A stretch of DNA of 33,901 nt from Octopus bimaculoides (GCF_001194135.2 NC_069009.1:6298530-6332430), one strand, 5' to 3'. Counted from the stretch's first letter, positions 21,809-33,119 are shown. The notes: generated by a model not told the origin, from the sequence alone. Numbers and translations: made by a program.

Positions 21809-22304
21809 AACAACAAACAAGATGAGGACAAATATCCGTCAAATGTAAATAATGTAAATAATTCCTCATCTCTTAAATATAGAACTGTAGAGAAAGAGCC
21901 AGTTTCTAATCTGGACCCAAGGTTCCTTCATTGGAATGTCAACAACAGGGTATTTTTGTTTGTATGTTTATAGACATGCAGATTTGTATGTTTTCTTTTA
22001 TGCATGTCCTCATGCAAATACTTGCATATCTAGACATGCTCATATATATTTAAATGATAAACTTCTAGAAAGTTTTACAGATTCTTACAGTTCTAGTGAT
22101 GGCTTGGATTTCTAGTCATTGAATCAGCTTTCTCCTTCCTGATTTTGAGAAGCCTAATTTCCCAAGATTGGTATTTAGGCAGTGTTTTACATGTATGTAT
22201 GTATGTATGTATGCATGTATGTGTGTGTATGTATGTATGTTTGTATGTATGTATGTTTGTATGTATGTATATGTGTGCATGTGTATGTGTGTGTGTGTGT
22301 GTGT

Positions 22305-23210
22305 ATTTGCTGTCTCTTTTCAATTTACAGTAAGTCTTGACTGACTGCCTACATTTTAGTAAGGTTGTGAAGGAAATTATCCTGATTTAATTGTCATCCT
22401 ATAAATCTTAAGAAGTTCTTGCAGACTTTTACAGTCTCCGATATCCTGATCATTTGTAGTGTGTGAATTAAGGATTTTCATTCTCCCTCCAAGAACCAAG
22501 ATCAGCCTTACTTTGCTCCAAACCAATTAGTATATTTCCTGTTGTTCCAATAACGATAGGTAAGAGGCTGAAAGTTTATCTTCATTACTGGATTGGCAAA
22601 CTCCTTACCAATGATCCATAGATGTCCTCTTTGCTCTTGTATTTTTCTAACCACATTCGTGTCCAGAAGGCAGCCGATTTCAACAACAGAACACAACTTT
22701 CTTTTGTGGTCCCACACAACGATATCTGACCAGTTGTGGTTTAATTTGTTGGCTGATTTAATTTTCAAGTTCCACCAATATTCTTTTGACCCATCAGTCT
22801 CAATATAATCAGCTTCATTTGTAGGAGGTATTCTCTTTTTATCGTGTTATCCTGTTCCAGATTGTTCTGTCTGCTGCATCCTCCCTCTTGAGAAGATAAT
22901 ATCGGGAAGACATTCTCCCGCAGTTGACAATAATATGATGGATGTCTTCAGTCCTGGTCTTGCACAGCCTACATTTGTTGTCTGTCAATGTTTTCTGCCT
23001 CTTATGTTTTTGGTACTTGGTGGGGGTGGGGGTCTCTTGTTCTTGGATTGCATAGATGTAGCCTTCAAAGAGGGATGCCACAAACTTGTCGGTACTCCAT
23101 GCCAAGATGTTGATAGGCTCGACCCCTTCATTGGTTTTTGTTTTATGTGCCAAGTCCCCATGTACTATCTTCTCAGGGAACTGGTTAGTTTTTTTCTTCA
23201 GTTGTTCTGA
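22305..23210 (-). pseudogene. RLE-type non-LTR retrotransposon relic: CCHC zinc knuckle plus PD-(D/E)xK endonuclease
   Basis: HGDL..KT...EGYIYAIQEQ...DNKCRLCKTRTEDIHHIIVNC..MSSRYYL; KIKSANKLNHNWSDIVVWDHKRKLCSVVEIGCLLDTNVVRK; C-terminus LIHTLQMIRISETVKVCKNFLRFIG* (stop 22394-22396). Confidence 0.9.
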
Positions 23211-23230
23211 TATGTATATATGTATGTATG

Positions 23231-24044
23231 TCATTATTCAGTTTATTTCAAGATTTCTTGCCAACAGAGAAAGAGCTGGTTTCTAACCTAGATCCAAGGC
23301 TTCTTCATTGAAATTTCAACACCATTAACTGGGTATTTTTGTATGTATGTATGCATATGTGGAGATTTGTATGTTTTGCCTTGTGTATGTATTCTCATGC
23401 ATATAGCTACATATCTAAACATGCTCATATATATTTAAATGATAAACTTCTAGAAAGTTTTACAGATTTTTACAGTTCCCATGATAGCTTGGATCTGTAG
23501 CTTTCAAATCAGCTTTCTCCTTTCTGGTTCTGAGAAACTTAATTTCTCAAGATTGGTATTTAGGCATTGTGTTACATATCCTAGTGGAGGCGCAATGGCC
23601 CAGTGGTTAGGGCAGCAGACTCGCGGTCATAGGATCGCGGTTTTGATTCCCAGACCGGGCGTTGTGAGTGTTTATTGAGCGAAAATACCTAAAGCCCCAC
23701 GAGGCTCCAGCAGGGGATGGTGGTGAACCCTGCTGTACTCTTCCACCACACCTTTCTCTCACTCTTACTTCCTGTTTCTGTTGTGCCTGTAATTCAAGGG
23801 GTCAGCCTTGTCACATTCTGTGTCACGCTGAATATCCCCCGAGAACTACGTTAAGGGTACATGTGTCTGTGGAGTGCTCAGCCACTTGCACGTTAATTTC
23901 ACGAGCAGGCTGTTCCGTTGATCGGATCAACTGGAACCCTCGACGTCGTAAGCGATGGAGTGCCAACAACAAAATACATATCCTAGGGCCCCCAATAATT
24001 ACAGGTATAAACCTGAACTTGTAATCTAGATAGAGTTGCTGCAG
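23231..24044 (-). mobile_element. RLE-type LINE 3' fragment, copy 3, split by a SINE
   Basis: With the SINE removed it reads LQQLYLDYKFRFIPVIIGALGYVTQCLNTNLEKLSFSEPERRKLI*KLQIQAIMGTVKICKTF*KFII*; both ends abut (CATA)n. Confidence 0.85.
23585..23974 (+). mobile_element. Full-length SINE family B (head type B2) with TSD
   Basis: GGAGGCGCAATGGCCCAGTGGTTAGGG A-box, GGTTTTGATTCCC B-box, (AAC)n tail; 12-bp TSD TACATATCCTAG (23573-23584 and 23975-23986). Confidence 0.92.
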
Positions 24045-24119
24045 ATGTATGTATGTAGGTATGTACCGTTTGTTCTATGCACTTTAATTTGTTTTTAGTT
24101 CGGGTTTAGTATAGGAAAG

Positions 24120-24888
24120 CTTTATTTAATCTTTTTCATCTTTCTTCCAAACCTTCCTACTGCATTCTCTTCCTATATCAGACTCATCCTTTCACTCTTT
24201 TCCTCTCTCTCTCTATCCAGTCTATCTCTCTCTTTCTAGACATACACTCTCTCTCATTCTCTCCCTCTATCTACCTTTCTTTCCCTGGTTTGCCTCTCTT
24301 CCCTGCCACTCTCTGTTAATCCCACCACCACTACCTCTTTCATGATCACTCATACCCTCTCTCTGAATATATTAAGCTGACTCTTTAAATAACTTTCTTT
24401 CTCTCTTTCTAATTATATTAACTCCAGCTTTTCTATATCTCTTGCTCTCTCTCTCTCTATCTATCTATCTATCTGTCTGTCTGTCTGTCTGTCTAACTCT
24501 CCACATCTATATTAAGTTTGCTCTTTCTATATCTCTCTCTCTCTGTGTGCCTCCCTCCCTCCCTCCCTCCTTCCACTCCCTCCAACCACATTAACTCTAC
24601 ATTAACTCTATACCGCCATCTTTCTCTCTCTCTTTCTCTATGTCTATCTATCTCTCTTTCTTTCTTTCTTTCTATCCAACCATCCATCTCTCTCATTCTC
24701 TTCCTCTCTCGCTCTCACTTTGCCTTTTACTTTCTCTCTCTGTCTCTATCCATTCCTTTCTCTCTATCTATCCATCTCTCCTTCTTCCTTTCTTTATTTC
24801 TTTCTGTCTTTCTTTCTTCCTTTCTCCATCATTTTCTTCTTTCATTCTTTGTCTTTAACTACCCACCTCTATCTGTCCTCTGTTTGTT

Positions 24889-24919
<31 letters not shown>

Positions 24920-24922
24920 GTA

Positions 24923-24959
<37 letters not shown>

Positions 24960-24969
24960 GTATCTCTCA

Positions 24970-25001
<32 letters not shown>

Positions 25002-25057
25002 ATATCTATCTGACTGTCTGTGTATCTATCCATCTATCTATCTGACTCTGATGTCTG

Positions 25058-25100
<43 letters not shown>

Positions 25101-25760
25101 CTCCGACTGTCTGTCTGTCTATTTGTCCATCCATCCATCCATCCATCCGCCTCCTTCCTTCCATATCCCTCCCCCTCACCCAATTCTCACCCTTCCCACT
25201 TCACCAACTATATTAACTAACCACTTCCTCCCACGACCACCACCACAATTGCATTAAGCCCTATTACCACCAACTAGCCATATTTAGAGGAAGGGGAACG
25301 CTAGTGTCAGTCTGTTGGTTGGTGGCAGAGGGAGTGCATCCTTGTTTAAATGTCTCCCCTCCAGTTCCATATAATTTAATTATCGACCATGTCAACCGGA
25401 ACATTTTATACTCTCACCGCTACCACAGTCATTTGTTGGTTAGTGGGGTGGCTGGGATGGAGATGATCGTGGTGGTGGTGGTGGAGGGGTTGTGGTTGTG
25501 ATGGTGGGAGTGGGGTGGTAGTAGTGGTAGTAGTGGTGGTAGTGGTGGTGGTAGTGGTGGTAATGGTGGTGGTAGTAGTTGTATTAGTAATTGTAGTAGT
25601 AGCAGTGGTAGTAGTAGTAGTAATGGTGGGGTGGTAGTGGTGGTAATGGTGATAGTGATGGTGGTGGTGATGGTGGCGGTGGTGGGATGGTGGTAGTGGT
25701 TCTTGTAAATAGTGTTAGTAGTGATGGACCTTGTGGTGGTTGTAGAGACTGTGTTCTGTG
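24120..25760. repeat. (CT)n/(CTAT)n/(CTGT)n pyrimidine tract followed by a (GGT/AGT)n tract
   Basis: Direct inspection. Confidence 0.85.
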
Positions 25761-25861
25761 TCCCTTGAAGGGAAATAACACTCGAAAGCTAGAATTGGGA
25801 CTGAAACCTTGCATCTGGAAGGTCACCAGATGGTCAAAACACTCAACCAGTTCAGCAATGC

Positions 25862-26025
25862 ACATGGAAGTATGGCCCTGTGTTAAAGACGCTTGTTTAG
25901 TAACCACATGGTTTCAGGTTCAATCCCACTGTGTGACACCTTCAGCAAGTGTATTCTACTCTGGTCCTGGATAAACTAAAACCTTGTGAATGGATTTTGT
26001 AGGTGGAAACTGAAAGAAACCCGCT
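25862..26025 (+). mobile_element. Diverged SINE family A head
   Basis: AACCACATGGTTTCAGGTTCAATCCCACTGTGTGACACCTTCAGCAAGTG...GGAAACTGAAAGAAACCCG. Confidence 0.8.
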
Positions 26026-26167
26026 TGTGTGTGTGTCTGTGTGTGTGCATGCATGTAATTAATTATTTGGACTTTGGGTATACGTTTAGTAGTATACCAG
26101 TTAAAGCACTTCCACTGTTTAGGCTATCTGATGTCATCTGCAGTTTTGATATAAATTCATTATATAT

Positions 26168-26752
26168 AGGCGCAGGAGTGGCTGAGTGGTAAGTAGCTTG
26201 CTTACCAACCACATGGTTCCGGGTTCATTCCCACTGCGTGGCACTTTGGGCNNNNNNNNNNCATTCCCACTGCGTGGCACTTTGGGCAAGTGTCTTCTAC
26301 TATAGCCTCGGGCCGACCAAAACCTTGTGAGTGGATTTGGTAGACAGAAACTGCAAGAAGCACGACTAGGTGAAAAGCGCTTTATTTAATATGTGACATG
26401 AATAAAAATCTGTAAATGTACAAACATCCAGATTTCTGAGTACCTTAATTTTTTTCTATATAATTTCTGTACATCACCTCCAAACCTTCAAATATATATA
26501 TGTATATATATATATGTATATATATATATGTATGTGTGTGTATATGTTTGTGTGTCTGTGTTTGTCCCCCCAACATCGCTTGACAACCGATGGTGGTGTG
26601 TTTACATCCCTGTCACTTAGCGGTTCGGCAAAAGAGACCGATTGAATAAGGCTTCCAAAGAATAAGCCATGGGGTCGATTTGCTCGACTAAAGGTGGTGC
26701 TCCAGCATGGCCACAGTCAAATGACTGAAACGAGTAAAAGAGTAAAGAGTAA
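26168..26752 (+). mobile_element. Full-length SINE family A with a ~125-bp internal insertion
   Basis: AGGCGCAGGAGTGGCTGAGTGG...GGTTCATTCCC head; non-family sequence at 26367-26490; tail GACTGAAACGAGTAAAAGAG. Confidence 0.9.
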
Positions 26753-26797
26753 AGGGGAAAGAAATAATCATCATCATCATCATCATCATCATCATTA

Positions 26798-27055
26798 TTC
26801 TTTTATTCCTTTACTTGTTTCAGTCATTAGACAGCGGCCATGCTGGAGCACCACCTTCAAGGGTCTACAGTCGAACGAATCGACCCCAGTATTTATTTCT
26901 CCTTAAAGCCCGGTACTTATTTTATAGGTCTTTTTTTGCCAAATTGCTAGATTATGGGGACGTAAACACACCAACACCGGTTGTCAAGTAGTGATGGGGG
27001 AGGGAGAACAAACACAGACACAAAGACACACACACACTCATAGATACATACGCAC

Positions 27056-27086
<31 letters not shown>

Positions 27087-27260
27087 TATATATAAATATA
27101 TGCGATGGGCTTCTTTCAGTTTCCACCTACCAAATCCACCCCGAAGGCTTTGGTCGGCCCGAGGCTATAGTAGAAGACACTTGCCCAAGTTTCCACACAG
27201 TGGCACTGAACCCGGAACCATCTAGTTGGAAAGCAAGCTTCTTACCATACAACCATGCCT

Positions 27261-27262
<2 letters not shown>
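26798..27262 (-). mobile_element. Full-length SINE family A, tail-to-tail with the previous copy
   Basis: Reverse-complement match to family A across head, middle and tail. Confidence 0.9.
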
Positions 27263-27303
<41 letters not shown>

Positions 27304-28376
27304 TGTCGCTGTTATGAATCTCATCACAAAGACGACAATTACATGGAGCACAGCTGCAAGATGAAGAGGGGACATTTGCCCTTGGNNNNNNNNNNNNNNN
27401 NNNNNNNNNNNNNNNNNNNNNNNNNNNNNNNNNNNNNNNNNNNNNNNNNNNNNNNNNNNNNNNNNNNNNNNNNNNNNNNNNNNNNNNNNNNNNNNNNNNN
27501 NNNNNNNNNNNNNNNNNNNNNNNNNNNNNNNNNNNNNNNNNNNNNNNNNNNNNNNNNNNNNNNNNNNNNNNNNNNNNNNNNNNNNNNNNNNNNNNNNNNN
27601 NNNNNNNNNNNNNNNNNNNNNNNNNNNNNNNNNNNNNNNNNNNNNNNNNNNNNNNNNNNNNNNNNNNNNNNNNNNNNNNNNNNNNNNNNNNNNNNNNNNN
27701 NNNNNNNNNNNNNNNNNNNNNNNNNNNNNNNNNNNNNNNNNNNNNNNNNNNNNNNNNNNNNNNNNNNNNNNNNNNNNNNNNNNNNNNNNNNNNNNNNNNN
27801 NNNNNNNNNNNNNNNNNNNNNNNNNNNNNNNNNNNNNNNNNNNNNNNNNNNNNNNNNNNNNNNNNNNNNNNNNNNNNNNNNNNNNNNNNNNNNNNNNNNN
27901 NNNNNNNNNNNNNNNNNNNNNNNNNNNNNNNNNNNNNNNNNNNNNNNNNNNNNNNNNNNNNNNNNNNNNNNNNNNNNNNNNNNNNNNNNNNNNNNNNNNN
28001 NNNNNNNNNNNNNNNNNNNNNNNNNNNNNNNNNNNNNNNNNNNNNNNNNNNNNNNNNNNNNNNNNNNNNNNNNNNNNNNNNNNNNNNNNNNNNNNNNNNN
28101 NNNNNNNNNNNNNNNNNNNNNNNNNNNNNNNNNNNNNNNNNNNNNNNNNNNNNNNNNNNNNNNNNNNNNNNNNNNNNNNNNNNNNNNNNNNNNNNNNNNN
28201 NNNNNNNNNNNNNNNNNNNNNNNNNNNNNNNNNNNNNNNNNNNNNNNNNNNNNNNNNNNNNNNNNNNNNNNNNNNNNNNNNNNNAAAAAAAAATTCCATT
28301 TTTATTACTACTATTATTTTCATTATTATTATTATTATTATTATTACTATTATTATTATCATCATCATTATTATTA

Positions 28377-28432
<56 letters not shown>

Positions 28433-28434
<2 letters not shown>

Positions 28435-28914
28435 GATGGTGAGTTGGCAGAATCATTGGCATGTTAAGCAAAATACTTAGCAGTATTTCATCCATTTTTA
28501 TATTCTGAGTTCAAATTCAGCCAGGGTTGACTTTGACAGTTATCCTTTTGGGGTCAATAAAATAAGTACCAGTCAAGCACTGGGGTCAAAGCAATCCACT
28601 TGTCCCTTCTCCTGAAATTCCTGGCCTCGTGCCTATAGTAGAAAGGACTATTAATAAAAGAAATAATAATAATAATTATAATTATAATTATTATTATTAT
28701 TATTAAGGTGGTGAGGTGACAGAATCGTTAGGATACAGGATGAAATGCTTAGCACCATTTTATCTGTCTTTAGATCCTGAGTTCAAATTCTGCCAAGGCT
28801 GACATTGCCTTTAATCCATTTGGGGCCAATAAAATATCATTTGGACACTGGGAGCAATACACTTGGCTTACCCACTTCCCAGAAAGTGCTGGCCTTGTGC
28901 CAAAATTTGAAACC
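28433..28914 (+). mobile_element. Two tandem SINE family C copies (28433-28650, 28705-28914) separated by (TAA)n
   Basis: Each has the GGCAGAATC/GACAGAATC head, GAGTTCAAATT B-box and ATCC.TT.GGGGTCAATAAA body. Confidence 0.85.
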
Positions 28915-29009
28915 ATTATTAGTATTATGACTAAAATAATATTACTATTATTATTATTATTAGAATCATTATCATTTGTGTAAGTATCAATATCATTATT
29001 ATTATTACT

Positions 29010-29430
29010 TATATTTGTTTCTTTCAAGCTTTGGGCCTTACAGAGGCGAGGTGACTGAGTTTCTTTCAAGCGTTGGGCCCCATGGAGGCACAGTGGCTGA
29101 GTTCCTTTGGAATGTTGGGCCTCACAGAGGCAATGACAAAGATATTTGGCATTATGTTGTGCTTGAGAAGAAGACCCATCAAGCTGAGCAAAATTGCAAT
29201 CTTGGCAGATACCAGTGTCATGCAAATGGCACCTGTGCTGGTGACACATAAAAGCTCCCATTACACTCTAAGATTGTAATGGGAGTGCATTAGGAAGGAC
29301 ATCCAACCAAAGAAAACCATGCCAAATCAGATTGGAGTCTGGTGCAGCCTTCCAGTGTTCCAGCCCCAGTCAAATTGTCCAGCCCATACCAGCATGGACA
29401 ATGGATGTTAAATGATGATGATGATGATGA
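29010..29430 (+). mobile_element. SINE-like family D copy with a ~34-bp triplicated 5' unit and a single ~24-bp unit
   Basis: TTCTTTCAAGC.TTGGGCC..A..GAGGC x3; GCATTAGGAAGGACATCCAACC; GTCCAGCCCATACCAGCATGG...GTTAAATGATGATG tail. Confidence 0.75.
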
Positions 29431-29453
29431 TTGTACAATCATCATTGCCACTG

Positions 29454-29506
<53 letters not shown>

Positions 29507-29591
29507 TTATTGTCTTTGCACAGCTTCTAACACTGGAGATGTATTATAGTATCAGCTGTTTACTGCCAGTGAACTAAGGTAACGTCCCTTA

Positions 29592-29622
<31 letters not shown>

Positions 29623-29687
29623 TATATTATTATTATTATTATCATTATTATTATCATTATTATATTATTATTATTATTATCATTATT

Positions 29688-29737
<50 letters not shown>

Positions 29738-30241
29738 TATANNNNNNNNNNNNNNNNNNNNNNNNNNNNNNNNNNNNNNNNNNNNNNNNNNNNNNNNNNN
29801 NNNNNNNNNNNNNNNNNNNNNNNNNNNNNNNNNNNNNNNNNNNNNNNNNNNNNNNNNNNNNNNNNNNNNNNNNNNNNNNNNNNNNNNNNNNNNNNNNNNN
29901 NNNNNNNNNNNNNNNNNNNNNNNNNNNNNNNNNNNNNNNNNNNNNNNNNNNNNNNNNNNNNNNNNNNNNNNNNNNNNNNNNNNNNNNNNNNNNNNNNNNN
30001 NNNNNNNNNNNNNNNNNNNNNNNNNNNNNNNNNNNNNNNNNNNNNNNNNNNNNNNNNNNNNNNNNNNNNNNNNNNNNNNNNNNNNNNNNNNNNNNNNNNN
30101 NNNNNNNNNNNNNNNNNNNNNNNNNNNNNNNNNNNNNNNNNNNNNNNNNNNNNNNNNNNNNNNNNNNNNNNNNNNNNNNNNNNNNNNNNNNNNNNNNNNN
30201 NNNNNNNNNNNNNNNNNNNNNNACAATCATCATTGCCACTG

Positions 30242-30294
<53 letters not shown>

Positions 30295-30379
30295 TTATTG
30301 TCTTTGCACAGCTTCTAACACTGGAGATGTATTATAGTATCAGCTGTTTACTGCCAGTGAACTAAGGTAACGTCCCTTA

Positions 30380-30410
<31 letters not shown>

Positions 30411-30475
30411 TATATTATTATTATTATTATCATTATTATTATCATTATTATATTATTATTATTATTATCATTATT

Positions 30476-30525
<50 letters not shown>

Positions 30526-30535
30526 TATATTATTA

Positions 30536-30571
<36 letters not shown>

Positions 30572-30573
<2 letters not shown>

Positions 30574-30885
30574 TTGACTTTTGCTTTGCTTTGTGTTTGT
30601 ACAAGTTGACTTCAAATCTCGCCCAGAGACCTCAAGAGACAACAAGTTAGAAGTTCATGTTGGTGTTATGCCTAGGGTGTCATATATTTGGTTTTGCACA
30701 TAGTATTGTTCTAGAGAATGTTTAAGAAAACATAAGAAAATTATGTGTTTGTTTTAAAATTTGAGATTACATAGACAGTATTTTGCATAGGATATGGGCA
30801 GTTCCCATAAGTACTATTTTTTGAATTTCTGGCATTTTGGGATTTCCTGGTATCTGAGCTAGGTAGCAATCAGCCCCTTTTGTCC
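30572..30885 (-). mobile_element. R4/Dong-like RLE LINE 3' end abutting (TAA)n
   Basis: 30883 to 30767 translates TKGADCYLAQIPGNPKMPEIQKIVLMGTAHILCKILSM*; the 3' UTR has TTGAGGTCTCTGGGCGAGATTTG and runs into (AAT)n. Confidence 0.82.
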
Positions 30886-30971
30886 AGCTCAGTAACAATT
30901 CTGCCAGATCATCATCTTCATCATCGTCGTCGTCGCCATCGTCATCATCATCATCATCACCATCATCATTT

Positions 30972-31611
30972 AAGGCAGCTAGCTGGCAGAATGATTAGTG
31001 CTCTAGGCCATATGCATAGCAACATTTGGTCCATCTTTACATTCTGAGTTCAAATTCTGCCTGAGTCGGCTTTGCCTTTCATCCTTCCAGGGTCAACAAA
31101 AAAAAGCACCTATCCCCACCCCCAAATTTCAGGCCTTGTGATTTTAGTAGAAAGGATTATTATTATTACTATTATTATTATGAAGGTGGTGAACTGGCAG
31201 AGTCGTTAGCATGCTGGACGTAATGCTTAGTGGTATTTCACCAGTTGCTACATTCTGAGTTCAAATTCCACCGAGGTCGACTTTGCCTTTCATCCTTTCA
31301 AGGTCAATAAATCAAGTACCAGTGAAATACTGGGGATTGATGTAATAGACTAGTCCCCAACTGTCAAATTTCAAGGCTTGTGCTTAGAGTAGAAAGGACT
31401 ATCATTATTATCATCATAATCGTTAGCATATCTGGAGAAATGCTTAGCAGTATTTCGTCTTTCGCTACATTCCAAGTTCAAATTGTGCAAAGGTTGACTT
31501 TGCCATTCATCTTTCGGGGGTCAATAAATTAAGTACCAGTTGTGTACTAGGGTCAATGTAATCAGCTATCCTCCTCCCCACATTTCAGGCCTTGTGTCTA
31601 TAATAGAAAGG
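30972..31611 (+). mobile_element. Three tandem SINE family C copies (30972-31156, 31182-31400, 31418-31611)
   Basis: Repeated GAGTTCAAATT(C) B-box and TTTGCC.TTCATC.TT..GGGTCAA body, separated by (TTA)n. Confidence 0.85.
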
Positions 31612-31731
31612 ATTATTATTATTATTATTGTTGTTATTATTATTATTGTTGTTATTATTATTATTGTTATTATTATTATTATCATTATCATTATTATTAT
31701 TCTCATTATTATTATTATTATTATTATTATT

Positions 31732-31766
<35 letters not shown>

Positions 31767-31790
31767 CATTATTATCATTATTATTACCAT

Positions 31791-32207
31791 TCTCTTTTAC
31801 TCTTTTACTTGTTTCAGTCATTTGACTGTGGCCATGCTGGAGCACCGCCTTAAGTCTAGCAAATCGACCCCAGGACTTATTCTTTGTAAGCCTAGTACTT
31901 ATTCTATCAGTCTCTTTTGCGGAACCGCTAAGTTACGGCGATATAAACACACCAGCATCGGTTGTCAAGCGATGTTGGGGGAACAAACACAGACACACAA
32001 ACAGACACACAAATACACATACATATATATATATACATATACACGATGGGCTTCTTTCAGTTTCCCTCTACCACATCCACTCACAAGGTTTTTGTCGGCC
32101 CGAGGCTATAGTAGAAAACACTTACCCAAGGTGCCATGCAGTGGGGCTGAACCCGGAACCATGTGGTTGGTAAGCAAGCTACTTACCACACAGCAACTCC
32201 TGCGCCT
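31791..32207 (-). mobile_element. Full-length SINE family A
   Basis: Near-consensus copy flanked by (TTA)n. Confidence 0.95.
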
Positions 32208-32789
32208 TATTATTATTAACATTATTATTATTATTATTATTATTATCATTATTAATAATAATAATAAAAAAAATCATTATTATTATAAATGTTATGATAT
32301 TACGACGGAACATGGCAACTATAGAACTAGCGCCACCACCAAAACCAAAATATAGAAATAAACAGCATTAATGAATATATATTAAATTTCTTGGCAATAA
32401 TCTAGATTCAACTCCCTAAAAATATTTCTCCCTTTTTGGTGTTCCCATTTTATTTATTATTTATATTATATTTGTACACTTATTTTGTTATTTTCTTATT
32501 TCTTGTGTGTGTTTTTGTATNNNNNNNNNNNNNNNNNNNNNNNNNNNNNNNNNNNNNNNNNNNNNNNNNNNNNNNNNNNNNNNNNNNNNNNNNNNNNNNN
32601 NNNNNNNNNNNNNNNNNNNNTATATATATATATATATATAAGTATAAACACTTATATATGCTTTTACATGTGTATATGTGTATATGTTTGTATATGTATA
32701 TGTGTGTGTGTGTATGCATTGGCAGTCACAGCTGAAACGATGCATGCTGTCACGTATTGACCATCTTTTAATTATCCTATTATTGAGTT

Positions 32790-32832
<43 letters not shown>

Positions 32833-33119
32833 GACAGAGAGCGAGGTGGGAGGGGTAGTAGGAAGAAGGGACAGGAATAGATATGTAGTGATAAGGGTCA
32901 ACAACCCTTACGTGTGGACATCCAATATGAGCCCCTAATTTGCAGTCTCTATTTAATACAATTATATATACATATATACAAAGGTCTATGTGCATATATT
33001 CAAATATGTGCAGGTATATACACATAAATATATACATGCAGACATATATATATAAATACATACATACATATAAATATATACATACATACAAATATATACA
33101 TACATACATATATATATAC

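Larger units (their letters stand above)
21556..21888. mobile_element. Penelope-LTR-like non-autonomous element with a head-to-head inverted duplication
   Basis: 13-bp TSD AGAGAAAGAGCCA (21543-21555 and 21889-21901); arms 21555-21655 and 21723-21823 have 3 mismatches in 101 bp; each arm carries an HHR. Confidence 0.85.
21507..22192 (-). mobile_element. RLE-type (R4/Dong-like) LINE 3' fragment, copy 1, interrupted by the HHR element
   Basis: Same family as 23231-24044; ends AATAATGA-(CATA)n; 5' end also abuts (CATA)n. Confidence 0.75.

Noticed and set aside
23586-23660. tRNA-like sequences in SINE heads (also 13064, 26168, 17511-17570)
   Set aside because: A/B boxes are present but there is no complete cloverleaf, and each continues into a SINE body; not tRNA genes.
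26226-26287. 26-bp duplication within a SINE head
   Set aside because: Flanks a 10-N gap; artefact.
29435-30530. ~300-bp direct repeat
   Set aside because: Identical copies either side of an N gap; artefact.
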